Positions 7,880-17,450 of a stretch of DNA of 64,000 bases are shown here, one piece after another. This DNA is from a virus. The notes below the pieces were generated by a model. It worked only from the letters and a program-made list of their open reading frames with translations. It was not told the origin of the DNA and did not search any database. Position 1 is the first letter of the stretch. Each line of letters starts with the position of its first letter. The position numbers were made by a program, and so were the translations under genes. The stretch lies in the IMG/VR virus record IMGVR_UViG_3300009678_001576; one strand, given 5' to 3'.

Positions 7880-9433
7880 TTAATGTTTTAGATTTTGTAT
7901 TACTTCTTCAAGCTTATTCGCTTCGTCTACAAAACCTTTCGTTTTCAAACGAATTGATACTTTGGTTATTATATCTTTGGCCCTTAAAAAAGACAAAGAT
8001 TTTTCATCTTCTTCCTCTTCTTCTTGCTGTAAAGCTTTCTCGAAATCCTTTTGTCGCTGCGTTCGTTCTTTTTCACGCTCAGCTCTTTCTTTTTGTTCCT
8101 GGCGTTGCTCCTCGCGCTCTTGACGACTTTCCATTTTTTCTTCACTAACGTATCGTTGTTTAGATAGTAACTCAAAAATAGCCATGCGTAGAGCTTTAAA
8201 AACTTCTACCGGGTTAGCACCGGCAGTTTCAAATAATACTACTGGTTTAATTTTTGAAGACTTGCCCATAAAGGTAACTGGAAACTTAACCAAGTCAACA
8301 GTATAAATAGGGTTATCTCTAACTTTAGACTCTCCTACTTCAAAACTCCATACGTAATTCGATTCTGTTTTTTGCCAACTTCCCTCTGCTCTATCGAAAC
8401 CCATTCTTGCGCCAGGCAATTCGGCAAGAGCAGCCGATACTTCGTCTGGAATTGGACTGGTTATATAGGTTTGTTCTTCTAACTCTTGTCGTCTTTGGCG
8501 CTCTTGGAAAGCGCGTTCTTCCTCTTCGGTCGGCTCTGGCTCAACTTCAGGTAACTCCATAGGCACATTCATTGATGGGCCGACCGGAGCTTTGGCCGGA
8601 GAAGCTGGAGCAACTGATATATTGGATGGGACTGGAGGCATCGGAATATCAACAGCCTCTTTTAATAGTTTGCCTAATTTTGTTATTGATTCTAGGTCTA
8701 GTTTAGTCATAGAAAGTTTATCCGTACCTTCTTCCTTAAGAAATAATTTTTTAAAGTATGAATCATACTTGAGCATATTCAAATCCGGGTCTTGAAAAAA
8801 GCTATCGGATTGTTTAGCTCTAATAAGAAATACTAATTCGTGTAACCCTGTTCTTAACTCTTCGTCAGATAAAGCACGTAATTTAGTAGAAAAATACTTC
8901 AAGTCGTTAGTAGTCCAACCCAATTGTTTCATGGCTAGCTTGAATAGAGGTACTAGAAGATTAACAAATTCTGGTTTATCAAATATTTGTTTGCGAACAG
9001 CCTCAAGTGGATTCTTTCGTACCAAAGAGCGCCAAGCTGCCTCATCAATTTTACCAAACTCCGGAACATAGTGAAACTTATATTCAAAATATTTCTCTGG
9101 AGTATTTTCAATTATATTCATTAGCATATTGCTGGTAATCTCATTTAACTTACCAACCAAATGATATTTGTGCTTATGAACATATGATTCTGGGTCTTCT
9201 TCAGCCAGAATTTTAGCATTTCGTTTCGATATCCCGTAGCCCTTTGAAACATCAGGCTCATTGTCCTTTCTGCCAGAAATACCGGGAATGTATTCTGGGG
9301 TTCCTTCAAATTGGTCTTCTGGTCTCTTGCCAAATCCAGGTTCAAGTCTTTTCTTGAATTCTGGGTCTAATTCCTTTGCGTCCTGCTCAACCAAGGCAGC
9401 GAATTTTGATAAAATTTCGTCTCTAGTTTTCAT
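7880..9433 (-). CDS. Hypothetical head protein with helical repeats and a C-terminal helical tag
   Basis: 517 aa. PEKYF..PEFGKIDEAAWRSLVRKNP resembles polyprotein repeats. Ends with ITKVSIRLKTKGFVDEANKLEEVI. Confidence 0.85.
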   Translation of the reverse strand: MKTRDEILSKFAALVEQDAKELDPEFKKRLEPGFGKRPEDQFEGTPEYIPGISGRKDNEPDVSKGYGISKRNAKILAEEDPESYVHKHKYHLVGKLNEITSNMLMNIIENTPEKYFEYKFHYVPEFGKIDEAAWRSLVRKNPLEAVRKQIFDKPEFVNLLVPLFKLAMKQLGWTTNDLKYFSTKLRALSDEELRTGLHELVFLIRAKQSDSFFQDPDLNMLKYDSYFKKLFLKEEGTDKLSMTKLDLESITKLGKLLKEAVDIPMPPVPSNISVAPASPAKAPVGPSMNVPMELPEVEPEPTEEEERAFQERQRRQELEEQTYITSPIPDEVSAALAELPGARMGFDRAEGSWQKTESNYVWSFEVGESKVRDNPIYTVDLVKFPVTFMGKSSKIKPVVLFETAGANPVEVFKALRMAIFELLSKQRYVSEEKMESRQEREEQRQEQKERAEREKERTQRQKDFEKALQQEEEEEDEKSLSFLRAKDIITKVSIRLKTKGFVDEANKLEEVIQNLKH

Positions 9434-9575
9434 TAGGTACGCTCACGCTCGGTGTCCATGATTCGGCATAGAATTCAAAATATCCTGCAATTTCTTCTTC
9501 ACTTAAGCCAATCTTCCTTAATTGTTCTAATTCAAGTAAGATTTCTATATCATTTATAAGATTATCAAACTTCAT
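9423..9575 (-). CDS. Small acidic hypothetical protein (50 aa)
   Basis: ATG at 9575 lies downstream of the hairpin. The longer GTG start in the ORF track runs through the terminator-like stem. Confidence 0.5.
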   Translation of the reverse strand: MKFDNLINDIEILLELEQLRKIGLSEEEIAGYFEFYAESWTPSVSVPNEN

Positions 9576-9595
9576 AATACTCTCGGAAAGGAGAA

Positions 9596-9622
9596 GGGAG
9601 CCCGCGTTTTGCACGGGCTCCC
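9596..9622 (-). terminator. GC-rich hairpin, probable intrinsic terminator after the protease-scaffold gene
   Basis: GGGAGCCCGTG-CAAAA-CGCGGGCTCCC followed by TTCTCCTTT (imperfect U tract). Confidence 0.6.
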
Positions 9623-9660
9623 TCATTTAATATGAATTCAAATCCTGCACTTACCTAATA

Positions 9661-12600
9661 TTACTTCCAGCCCAATGAGCCTAGTTGGTCAACTAAACTA
9701 GATTCTGGGGATGGATTTGCACTTGCAGTAGCGGTCATAGCAGCTGAAGCAGCTTCTAGACCAACTCGTGGAAGGGTTCCGCCCTTCTTTGCGGTTGACT
9801 TGTAGTTTGCAACCACGCGCTTATTTGATTCAAACGCTGCATCATCAAAATGCATGATTTCATCAACATAAGTGTCAAGTGAATCACGAGTGCCGGATAT
9901 TAGTCCTTTTTCTTGAGCCTGTATGGCAATGTCATAAGCTCTTCGTAACTTGAGCTTATAGTTATTGTCAGATGCTTCTTTCTTGCCCTTAGCAAATTCC
10001 TTGCTTAAGTCCGCACCAAAGCTTCCGGCTTGTGGAGCCTGTGCGAAATATTTCTTCCAATAGGCAGCAGCAGCGCTGTCGACTTTGCCTTCTGCAACTA
10101 GTCTCTCAACGTCTTCTGCTTTTACAGCACCTTCAACAATCTTTTCCTGAAGTACGGCTGCGGCTTCACGAACATTACGTGGGCCTGATTCAGCAACGTC
10201 TCTCATTACTTCATGAACTTCAGAAATAGTTTCAACCTTGGCTTCTTGGGTCTTTGTGCTAGTTAGTTCAGTCACAGTTCCCTTTCCACCTGGATGAGCC
10301 TGGAAGTAAGTTGGCTCGGTAGCATTTTGTGCTTTACCTAGGTCCAACTCATATTTACCAAGTACGCCTTCAGCACGAGCAACTAAAGCCTCGCGAGCTG
10401 TTTTGCGTGATGCAACTACTGGAGCGCCTGGAGCCATTCCGGCACCAGCAGCCATTGGGTCAGCAGCCATCATGCAATCTTGAGCATGACCTTCTGGACC
10501 ACAAGCACACATTTCTGGTGCAACGTCTGCCATCATAGCATCATCTTCTTTGTCTTCCTTCTCATCCTCTTCTTCGCCCTCTTCGACTTCGACATCTTCC
10601 TCGTCGTCATCATCCTTTTTCTTGTCTTTAGCCATATCTGCAGCTAAATCAGGATGCATTTTCCCACCTTCTGGGCTCATCTCGGACTTTTCATCCTGCA
10701 AGAGCTTCTTTAGGTCATCTTCAGTCTTTGGATCAAGGGCCAAGTCGGCATCCTCACCATACATACCCATTGCCGCCTTTAATAAAGCTGCGCGATTTTG
10801 TGCGCGAACCTTAAGGGCGTCGTCGAGTAGTTTTTGAGCTTCCGCTTTCTTGTCATCTTTATCTTCTTTCTTGTCCTTCTTGTCTTCCTTTTCTTTCTTC
10901 TCAGCCTTTTCCTCTTTCTTATCTTTCTTGTCGGCCTTCTCTTCTTTGTCTTCTTTCTTATCTTTCTTAGCCTTAGCAGCTTCGATAACTATATTAGCTT
11001 CGGTTAGGACTACGTCGCTATCTGCCAATACATCGGCAGCAGCCTTTAACAACTTATCCTTATTTCCAGCTTCTACTTTATCTAGACCTTCTAGGGTTTC
11101 GCTAACTAATGCAAGTTCATCAGCAGCGTCATTCAATAGTGACTCTACCTTAAGAGCATCTTCACGGAATGATAGAACTTTATCCATTGGGCCCTTTTCG
11201 CCGACATTAACATCAACGTCAACTAAGCCCGAGCCCTCTTTGCCTAATAGGTCACGGAGTTCTGCAATTTTTTCTTCCATTGTGCTTAATGCAGCGTTTA
11301 CTTTTTCAAGATTCACGCCCTCAGCCTTTGGAGCTTCTGCTGGTGCAGCCGCTGGTGCTGGAGGAGGAAGTTCTGCTGCTGGAGCAGGTGCCGCTGGGGC
11401 TGCAGCTTCTGGAGCTGCTGGCATCATTGGGTCTTGTGCGCCCTTCAATAGATATGCTACTTGATCAAAACCTTCTGTACGGATCATCTTAAGAACGTCT
11501 GAACCGTATTGCTTTGAACTAAAGTAATCCCAGTTGTCGTCTAGTTCGTCTTCATAAACTTCGGAACCAGCCGCGCTTAAGATTAATTGGTCGCCAGCGT
11601 AGATGTCCCAACGGGATGCATCTTTTACTAGATTGCCCTTTTGGTCTGCTACTTTAACGAGCTTGGCTCGTAATTTGGCACGTAGCAATTTCTTCTTAAC
11701 TTCCATATCGCCAGGAAATGCGCCATCAGTTCCGCCCATATTGTCGGGGGCCTGCATGTGCTTGTCCTCGTTATTGCGAATCTTATCTGCTTCTTCCTTT
11801 GGATACTTTACTTTGCCTGGGGTCGGTTCATTTAAACCGCCACCACCGAGCCAATAGGCTCTGCGTTTCATTCTACGGTCTTCGAGTTCGGCTGTAGTAA
11901 GACCATCTTGGTTTTCCTCAGCACGTAACAATTTCTTCTTAACTTCTTCGTCACCCGGATGCAGACCTTCGCTACCTGTCTCTAATGGTTCGCCAACCAT
12001 TTGCTTATCTTCACTGTCGCGAATAGAATCGGCATCCTCTTTTTCGTATTTTGGCTTACCTGGGGTTGGTTCATTAACACCACCACCGCCAAGCCAATAT
12101 GCGCGTCGAGCTTTCGCTCTTGCGCGTAGTCTCGCTGAATTCATATTGTTCTCCTCCTTAGAGATTAATGTTTTGAGCTCATTAAAAGCATTGTTCATAT
12201 TTTTTACTTTATTGCGAAGGAGGCTTAACTCTTGTGAGAGTGCATCCTGGGTTAGGTTTTCGCCTCCTACTTTCTGGCTAGCAAATCTTTGAGGAACTTC
12301 TGTCTCAAAGGGCGGCCAACCAACTTTACCGCTATCGTTTTCTAGAGATTGCTTTTCATAGCCTTCTCCACCACCGATAGTGGCTCGTGCGTCATTTGCG
12401 GCAGCAACTGGGGCCGCTTCAGGTGCTGGAACTGGGACAGGAGCCGCTGGTTCCATTAATTCAGATTCACCTAATAGTAATTCTTTAATCTGTGCTTTAA
12501 TCTTTGCTACTTCTTCTTTAGCATTTGGGTCAGTTTCTAAAGCCTTGAGAGCAGCAACTAACTCGCCCAAGTCAGCATTATTAGCAGTCGCGGCCTTATT

Positions 12601-13497
12601 CATTCCCATCAAACCGCCAATTCTCTTTTGCATTTCAGCAACAGAATCAGACAATTGTTGTAATTCAGTTGGATTTACACAACGATCAGCCTTCAATTGT
12701 TCGATACGTGCAGTTTTTTCCTGAACATATTGATCCATGCTGGCAATAACGTTTCTAATTTTAGCGAGACCGTCGGCGCCATTAACAACCAAACTCAATT
12801 CAATTGGGTTTAAGTCCAAGTTAATTTCGCCATAGTGTGAGCGGCTCTTGATGCAATTGCAATATTCTTTTTCAACTGCGGCAACATTGGAACATTCAGT
12901 GCAAACTGAACGACCAACGGCAGTCCCCATTGATACACAATTAGCATAACCGGTTTCTACTTTACGAGCTAGGTCCGCATAATTCTTGCGATCTAATGCA
13001 AAAAGCGCATGAACGCGCTTAAATTTAGGATCATAATAAGTATCTATAACAATGCCACGAATACCATCTACGCTATCAGACTTGTGGTCTTTGCAAAGAG
13101 GTTTGCCTACCCATTTCTTGTAAGCTTTTAACAATTCAGCTTCTGGGAATATATCACCATTAGCATTTTTATAGGGCTTAACGTCATCGGGAGATATCCA
13201 CTTAACTGATTCTCGCCCGCCTTTAATCTTTATCGTTTCAAAATAACCTTTAGATGGCTCACCCTTCTTATTCTTTACGGGTTCGCCAGTTTCCTGATTG
13301 ACTAGGGATGCTTCGGCGGCATGCATCATAACCGCATGACCGTATAGGAAATCTTCAGCCTTTGGGGCAATTCTCTTTAGAGTTTTGGCCATCTTCACAA
13401 AACGTTTAGCTATTTCTAAATCAGCTAATGCTTCTTTGGGTTGAAGTATATTTTCTTCGGAGAATGAAAGATTCTCACCAAACTTATTAATCGCCAT
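9661..13497 (-). CDS. Prohead maturation protease fused to scaffolding protein
   Basis: The N-terminal ~250 aa carry NANGDIF..EL, KDH (His), VSMG (Ser), GEINLDL..IELSLV..AD, the pattern of caudoviral or herpes-fold prohead proteases. The remainder is charged, Pro/Ala-rich coiled coil. Confidence 0.85.
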   Translation of the reverse strand: MAINKFGENLSFSEENILQPKEALADLEIAKRFVKMAKTLKRIAPKAEDFLYGHAVMMHAAEASLVNQETGEPVKNKKGEPSKGYFETIKIKGGRESVKWISPDDVKPYKNANGDIFPEAELLKAYKKWVGKPLCKDHKSDSVDGIRGIVIDTYYDPKFKRVHALFALDRKNYADLARKVETGYANCVSMGTAVGRSVCTECSNVAAVEKEYCNCIKSRSHYGEINLDLNPIELSLVVNGADGLAKIRNVIASMDQYVQEKTARIEQLKADRCVNPTELQQLSDSVAEMQKRIGGLMGMNKAATANNADLGELVAALKALETDPNAKEEVAKIKAQIKELLLGESELMEPAAPVPVPAPEAAPVAAANDARATIGGGEGYEKQSLENDSGKVGWPPFETEVPQRFASQKVGGENLTQDALSQELSLLRNKVKNMNNAFNELKTLISKEENNMNSARLRARAKARRAYWLGGGGVNEPTPGKPKYEKEDADSIRDSEDKQMVGEPLETGSEGLHPGDEEVKKKLLRAEENQDGLTTAELEDRRMKRRAYWLGGGGLNEPTPGKVKYPKEEADKIRNNEDKHMQAPDNMGGTDGAFPGDMEVKKKLLRAKLRAKLVKVADQKGNLVKDASRWDIYAGDQLILSAAGSEVYEDELDDNWDYFSSKQYGSDVLKMIRTEGFDQVAYLLKGAQDPMMPAAPEAAAPAAPAPAAELPPPAPAAAPAEAPKAEGVNLEKVNAALSTMEEKIAELRDLLGKEGSGLVDVDVNVGEKGPMDKVLSFREDALKVESLLNDAADELALVSETLEGLDKVEAGNKDKLLKAAADVLADSDVVLTEANIVIEAAKAKKDKKEDKEEKADKKDKKEEKAEKKEKEDKKDKKEDKDDKKAEAQKLLDDALKVRAQNRAALLKAAMGMYGEDADLALDPKTEDDLKKLLQDEKSEMSPEGGKMHPDLAADMAKDKKKDDDDEEDVEVEEGEEEDEKEDKEDDAMMADVAPEMCACGPEGHAQDCMMAADPMAAGAGMAPGAPVVASRKTAREALVARAEGVLGKYELDLGKAQNATEPTYFQAHPGGKGTVTELTSTKTQEAKVETISEVHEVMRDVAESGPRNVREAAAVLQEKIVEGAVKAEDVERLVAEGKVDSAAAAYWKKYFAQAPQAGSFGADLSKEFAKGKKEASDNNYKLKLRRAYDIAIQAQEKGLISGTRDSLDTYVDEIMHFDDAAFESNKRVVANYKSTAKKGGTLPRVGLEAASAAMTATASANPSPESSLVDQLGSLGWK
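11677..12108 (-). repeat. Two 63-aa internal repeats in the scaffold (RRAYWLGGGG.NEPTPGK...PGD.EVKKKLLRA)
   Basis: Copies at 11920-12108 and 11677-11865, each 189 nt. Confidence 0.9.
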
Positions 13498-14091
13498 TTA
13501 CGCACCCTCTTCTTCTTCAAAAGTTTCGGCTTCTTCGCCTTCAGCCCCCATAAACTCTTTAACTTCTTCTTCGCTTGGGTCTTCTGATTCAAGTGGAGTT
13601 TCTGGTAGTGATTCAACGCCATGAGCAAAGGAAAAGGGGTCACTGGCATTTTGGTCTTTCTTTTCTTCTTTCATTTCTTTCATCTCTGCCTTTAGTCTTT
13701 CTAAATCACCCTTCGATGGCTTTTTACCAAAGCAGAGTTCAAACATTTTTCGATTTGCATCACTCATGCCGCTGTGTAAGCTGTGCATGTCTTGGATAGC
13801 TTGGTCTAAACCAATACCTTTGGCAGAGTCAGCTACGTCAAAATAACGAAGGCGTCTGCGCAATTCCTCTAGGCCGTCCTTTGATTCTTGAAGACTATCA
13901 ACGGCTTTATTTACAAACTTAAGAAAATCCTTCTTAACCTTCTCATCCATTCCTTTTAAAGGTGCTTTGGGACGAGCAGCAAGAGCCTTTATAGTTTCAT
14001 CAACGGCATCTGACAATTCAAATTTACCATCACGGTCATATTTGTCTGCCAATTTAGTCAAGACTGCCAAGTATTTATCTGATTTGTTCAT
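13498..14091 (-). CDS. Hypothetical head protein with N-terminal helical tag
   Basis: 197 aa; VLTKLADKYDRDGKFELSDAVD; the stop abuts the protease ATG. Confidence 0.85.
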   Translation of the reverse strand: MNKSDKYLAVLTKLADKYDRDGKFELSDAVDETIKALAARPKAPLKGMDEKVKKDFLKFVNKAVDSLQESKDGLEELRRRLRYFDVADSAKGIGLDQAIQDMHSLHSGMSDANRKMFELCFGKKPSKGDLERLKAEMKEMKEEKKDQNASDPFSFAHGVESLPETPLESEDPSEEEVKEFMGAEGEEAETFEEEEGA

Positions 14092-14102
14092 TAATGACCT
14101 CT

Positions 14103-14288
14103 TTAGTTTGTCTTTAAAGAATTAGGTTGGTCTAATTCACATTCGCAAATTAGTTCATTATCATCGTTTTTCATGGCCACTAGAACCTTTTGTTTTCCAC
14201 AAAGCTCGCACACAATAGGCTTTTCGAGGCTATTAATATCAAAATAGCCGCCTACGGGTTGTGCATCTCCAGTTTTTCTAAACGCCAT
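14103..14288 (-). CDS. Small Cys-containing (zinc ribbon-like) protein
   Basis: ATG at 14288 (MAFRKTG) follows the upstream stop; CELC...CEC. Confidence 0.6.
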   Translation of the reverse strand: MAFRKTGDAQPVGGYFDINSLEKPIVCELCGKQKVLVAMKNDDNELICECELDQPNSLKTN

Positions 14289-14289
14289 T

Positions 14290-14883
14290 TTAGTTCTCCG
14301 AAGCAAGTTGTCTAATAATTCTAGCCCTACGACGAATGTTAAATTGTAACTGACTTATTTTCATTCTTCCTAGGATATCGTGGTCTATATGATTAAACAA
14401 TTGGCTTTCCACTACGTCTTCAATTGACTTTCTGCGTTTTTCCATTTGGCCGGCGAGCTGTTCGAGTGTTTTAGTAAAAGAATCACGGTCGGTTTCGCCT
14501 AATAGGTCTAGCATTGCCTCGGCTCCGTCTGACATTTCACCTATCTCAGCAATCAATATCTCGCGTAATCTAATCATTTCTGGGTCAGTTATATCGCCCA
14601 AAAGCTCTAAAGTCTCTTTGGTGTGCTTTAGAAAGTGATTAAATTCTTTTCGTATCTTGGTGCGGTATCTAATTAAACGACCGCGATACTTATTTTCGAG
14701 GTCTGTCTTTTCGGGATGTTGGGCAACTATTGCATCTCTTAAGTCTAAAACTACTTTTAGTGCCTTTTCTAATTCTTTTAGGATGACTTTAAACTCTTTT
14801 TTGACGGTCTTCGCCCTTTCCTTCTCGTCGTCGGTCACGTCTAGCGTCATTTGTGGGCCTTGAACCGCGTGGGTAAATTTCAT
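14290..14883 (-). CDS. Hypothetical coiled-coil protein
   Basis: 197 aa, GAGG SD, helical composition. Confidence 0.85.
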   Translation of the reverse strand: MKFTHAVQGPQMTLDVTDDEKERAKTVKKEFKVILKELEKALKVVLDLRDAIVAQHPEKTDLENKYRGRLIRYRTKIRKEFNHFLKHTKETLELLGDITDPEMIRLREILIAEIGEMSDGAEAMLDLLGETDRDSFTKTLEQLAGQMEKRRKSIEDVVESQLFNHIDHDILGRMKISQLQFNIRRRARIIRQLASEN

Positions 14884-14960
14884 TTCTCATCCTCATATAG
14901 CCTCAAAAAAGCATAGTAAGGCCCTAAAATGGTATAGTGGTCCTTATACTCTTACTGAAA

Positions 14961-14971
14961 TTATTGATAGA
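14961..14971 (-). promoter_or_regulatory. Candidate late promoter motif TCTATCAATAA
   Basis: Intergenic copy upstream of the operon leading into the protease-scaffold gene. Confidence 0.5.
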
Positions 14972-14987
14972 TTTAAGGATTTTATTA

Positions 14988-15779
14988 TTATAAGCCGCGT
15001 ACAGGCTCTCCACTATAAGGGTTATTATAAAAATACCAATCGGATAAACCACCAGAGCCCGGCATTTCTAATTGTGTTATATTAGTTTTACCAGCATTAA
15101 ATACAAGGTCATCTATTGAATCATCTTCCTGCATCTCTTGAAAATACTTAAGAGCGGCATCTAAACTATCAAACTTCTTTTGCTCACTTATATTTTTACC
15201 ATCTTGGTTTCGGACATAGCTAACTTCGATTTTAGGCTTCTTGCCCTCTAACTGCTCAAAAAGAATAGACTTTTGAAACATATTAGTTTGTTCGGCTATA
15301 ATAGTATCTAATTTATTGGCCTCATTAATATGACCATTCTTGTCTAATTTATTAGCAATTCTAATCAACTTAGCCATAACATTTAGCATAGAATAGCCGC
15401 CTCCGATACCATCTCCGCCCAAATAACCCATGTTTTCAGTATTTTTTTGAGCATCTGGTATGAAATCTGCTGCATTTGCCTCTAAATTACCATCAATTGC
15501 GTCCATTATGTTGTATAAAAGTTGTGCCTTTTCTACCATTCCAGCCTCTTCAAGATAACGAGCGGCTTTAGATACCGACTCTAAAGCCTCCGTTTCCTTG
15601 TCCTGGGCTAGGTCATCAGCGTTATGTTTAAAATATTGTACAGCCTTTTCTCTATCTTGAACTGCTTTTAATGAATCATAGGTGCCAAGATTTTTTCGTT
15701 GGCCGCCAGGTCCCTTCTTGCGGCTATATAAACGATACTTGCCGTTAGGGAGTTTTTTAATTATAGCAGTTTTAATCAT
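14988..15779 (-). CDS. Hypothetical head protein with two helical tags
   Basis: 263 aa; MIKTA start, SKAARYLEEAGMVEKAQLL and KLIRIANKLDKNGHINEANKLD. Confidence 0.85.
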   Translation of the reverse strand: MIKTAIIKKLPNGKYRLYSRKKGPGGQRKNLGTYDSLKAVQDREKAVQYFKHNADDLAQDKETEALESVSKAARYLEEAGMVEKAQLLYNIMDAIDGNLEANAADFIPDAQKNTENMGYLGGDGIGGGYSMLNVMAKLIRIANKLDKNGHINEANKLDTIIAEQTNMFQKSILFEQLEGKKPKIEVSYVRNQDGKNISEQKKFDSLDAALKYFQEMQEDDSIDDLVFNAGKTNITQLEMPGSGGLSDWYFYNNPYSGEPVRGL

Positions 15780-15780
15780 A

Positions 15781-16536
15781 TTATTTAGTTGGGAAACGTG
15801 CTTGATATAAAGGAGATTGAGTTATATCATAGGGCTGTTTTCTTGGGTCATTATAAATGTCTTGAGTTATTTGTTGTACGGCCCTTTCTTGTTCCTGTTT
15901 GACGCGTTCCGCTTCCTTAGCCTTGCGCAATAGAGCCAGGATTTCAGATGCTTTCTGTCCCTTATTGCCAGGATTCCAGACTCCTGGGTATTTGCGTAGT
16001 CTTAGGCCCATATCTCTATCGAAGATGCCTGGAGGAAGACCAAGTTCTTGACGAATTTGATTTATTAAAGCAGTGCCTTTTCTGGAAACTGGGGTTGATT
16101 CGACTTGTTCTGGTGGGAAATTATAAGTAGTTTTACCAGGTTCTGTTAGCATAGCAACTTCTTGCGCAACTTTGTCTATTTCGTTAGCTTCATCAAATAG
16201 GCCTTTAGCGTCTAAATCATTGGCTAGTTTAGTAAGGGCCGTTAAAGCTCTAGCATATTTATCTAATAATTTTTGTCTTTGTGGAACCGTAATATACATT
16301 GAGCCCTCTTTGAATTCTTCTTCGTGACTGCCCTTGGGAGTTGGTAAGGTATTATATATATTCTCTACAATACCTTTAAATTCTCCAATAGTTATTATTC
16401 CATCTATACATTGGTCTAATATAAGCTTAATTTTATCTAGCATTTCAGAATATTTTATATCACGTGATATTCGTTCTCTATTCTGTTTGTTAGAGATTTC
16501 CTTTTTTCGTTGGTCTAGGTCAATGATATCAGGCAT
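15781..16536 (-). CDS. Hypothetical head protein with internal helical tag
   Basis: 251 aa; ALTKLANDLDAKGLFDEANEID. Confidence 0.85.
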   Translation of the reverse strand: MPDIIDLDQRKKEISNKQNRERISRDIKYSEMLDKIKLILDQCIDGIITIGEFKGIVENIYNTLPTPKGSHEEEFKEGSMYITVPQRQKLLDKYARALTALTKLANDLDAKGLFDEANEIDKVAQEVAMLTEPGKTTYNFPPEQVESTPVSRKGTALINQIRQELGLPPGIFDRDMGLRLRKYPGVWNPGNKGQKASEILALLRKAKEAERVKQEQERAVQQITQDIYNDPRKQPYDITQSPLYQARFPTK

Positions 16537-16545
16537 AGGCTTCTC

Positions 16546-16914
16546 TTATTTGGTTTTTCTACTTGATAACCATTCTGGGGTAAGTCTTCGTTTGCTTATT
16601 TCTTGTGGCGCTTCCTTAAAACGAGGCTGAATAACTATTACATCATATTGCCCGGCAGACCTAATTGCAGCAACATAATAAAAATCATGGGATTTGCGTA
16701 TTTCACCAACTTCGCCAGACTTAAGAATAAAGCGATGTATGGGTTGAGCGCCTTTAAAATCGCCCGCAATCATAGTATTTAATTGAGCATTTGGGCCAAG
16801 CATCTGCGGCAAGCGCTTTTGCGTATAATAATTGCGCCAATATCTGCGAACGCTGGAACTTACTCCAACACCTACTGTGCTTTTTTCAATACCTGCTAGT
16901 TTAGAAATATGCAT
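16546..16914 (-). CDS. Basic hypothetical protein with an N-terminal ISKLA motif
   Basis: 122 aa; MHISKLAG at the start and ISKRR near the C-terminus; translationally coupled to the Nudix gene. Confidence 0.8.
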   Translation of the reverse strand: MHISKLAGIEKSTVGVGVSSSVRRYWRNYYTQKRLPQMLGPNAQLNTMIAGDFKGAQPIHRFILKSGEVGEIRKSHDFYYVAAIRSAGQYDVIVIQPRFKEAPQEISKRRLTPEWLSSRKTK

Positions 16915-17450
16915 TAAAATCCTAGCCTCGCTATCGCCGATATAAGTAAAGGGTCCTTAGAATTAATTGCCTCTTTACGAGAAACCCATTTACAATAAGC
17001 GCCTTCTTCGCCTTTTGTGCCATCACCTTCGCCAGTATATCTTTCTTTTTCTGGCACTTTGCCTAAATCAATAGCAAACAAATAAGCAGTAGAGTCGGAT
17101 GCCTTGCTTGGTCTTAAAGTCCCCAAATCTTTTATTTTTGAATCATAAGAATCATAAACAATCCCAGATTCTTCTTTTAATTCTCGTAGTGCCGCCTCTT
17201 TCGGGTCTTCGTCTTTTTCGACGCCTCCAGTTAAAGCACATAGAGCAATATCATCTTTGTGTGGTGGACAATTTTCGTAACGACCAAAATATTCCCAAGC
17301 ATCCTTACCAACTCTGCGATAACCTAAAACAACAACAAGTTTTCCTGTGCCATCATGCAAATACTCATACCAATCATCCAAAAGTTTTATAGAAATATAT
17401 TTACCTTTCCATAAAATCTTGTCTTTAGATGCTCGTTTAGAAATATACAT
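16914..17450 (-). CDS. Nudix hydrolase with an N-terminal ISKRA motif
   Basis: Nudix box GGVEKDEDPKEAALRELKEESG; begins MYISKRAS. Confidence 0.9.
   Translation of the reverse strand: MYISKRASKDKILWKGKYISIKLLDDWYEYLHDGTGKLVVVLGYRRVGKDAWEYFGRYENCPPHKDDIALCALTGGVEKDEDPKEAALRELKEESGIVYDSYDSKIKDLGTLRPSKASDSTAYLFAIDLGKVPEKERYTGEGDGTKGEEGAYCKWVSRKEAINSKDPLLISAIARLGF

Noticed and set aside
15990-16075. Fourth peptidoglycan-binding motif in 15781..16536 (INQIRQELGLPPGIFDRDM)
   Set aside because: It is too degenerate to support by eye and lacks the DG..G..T signature.
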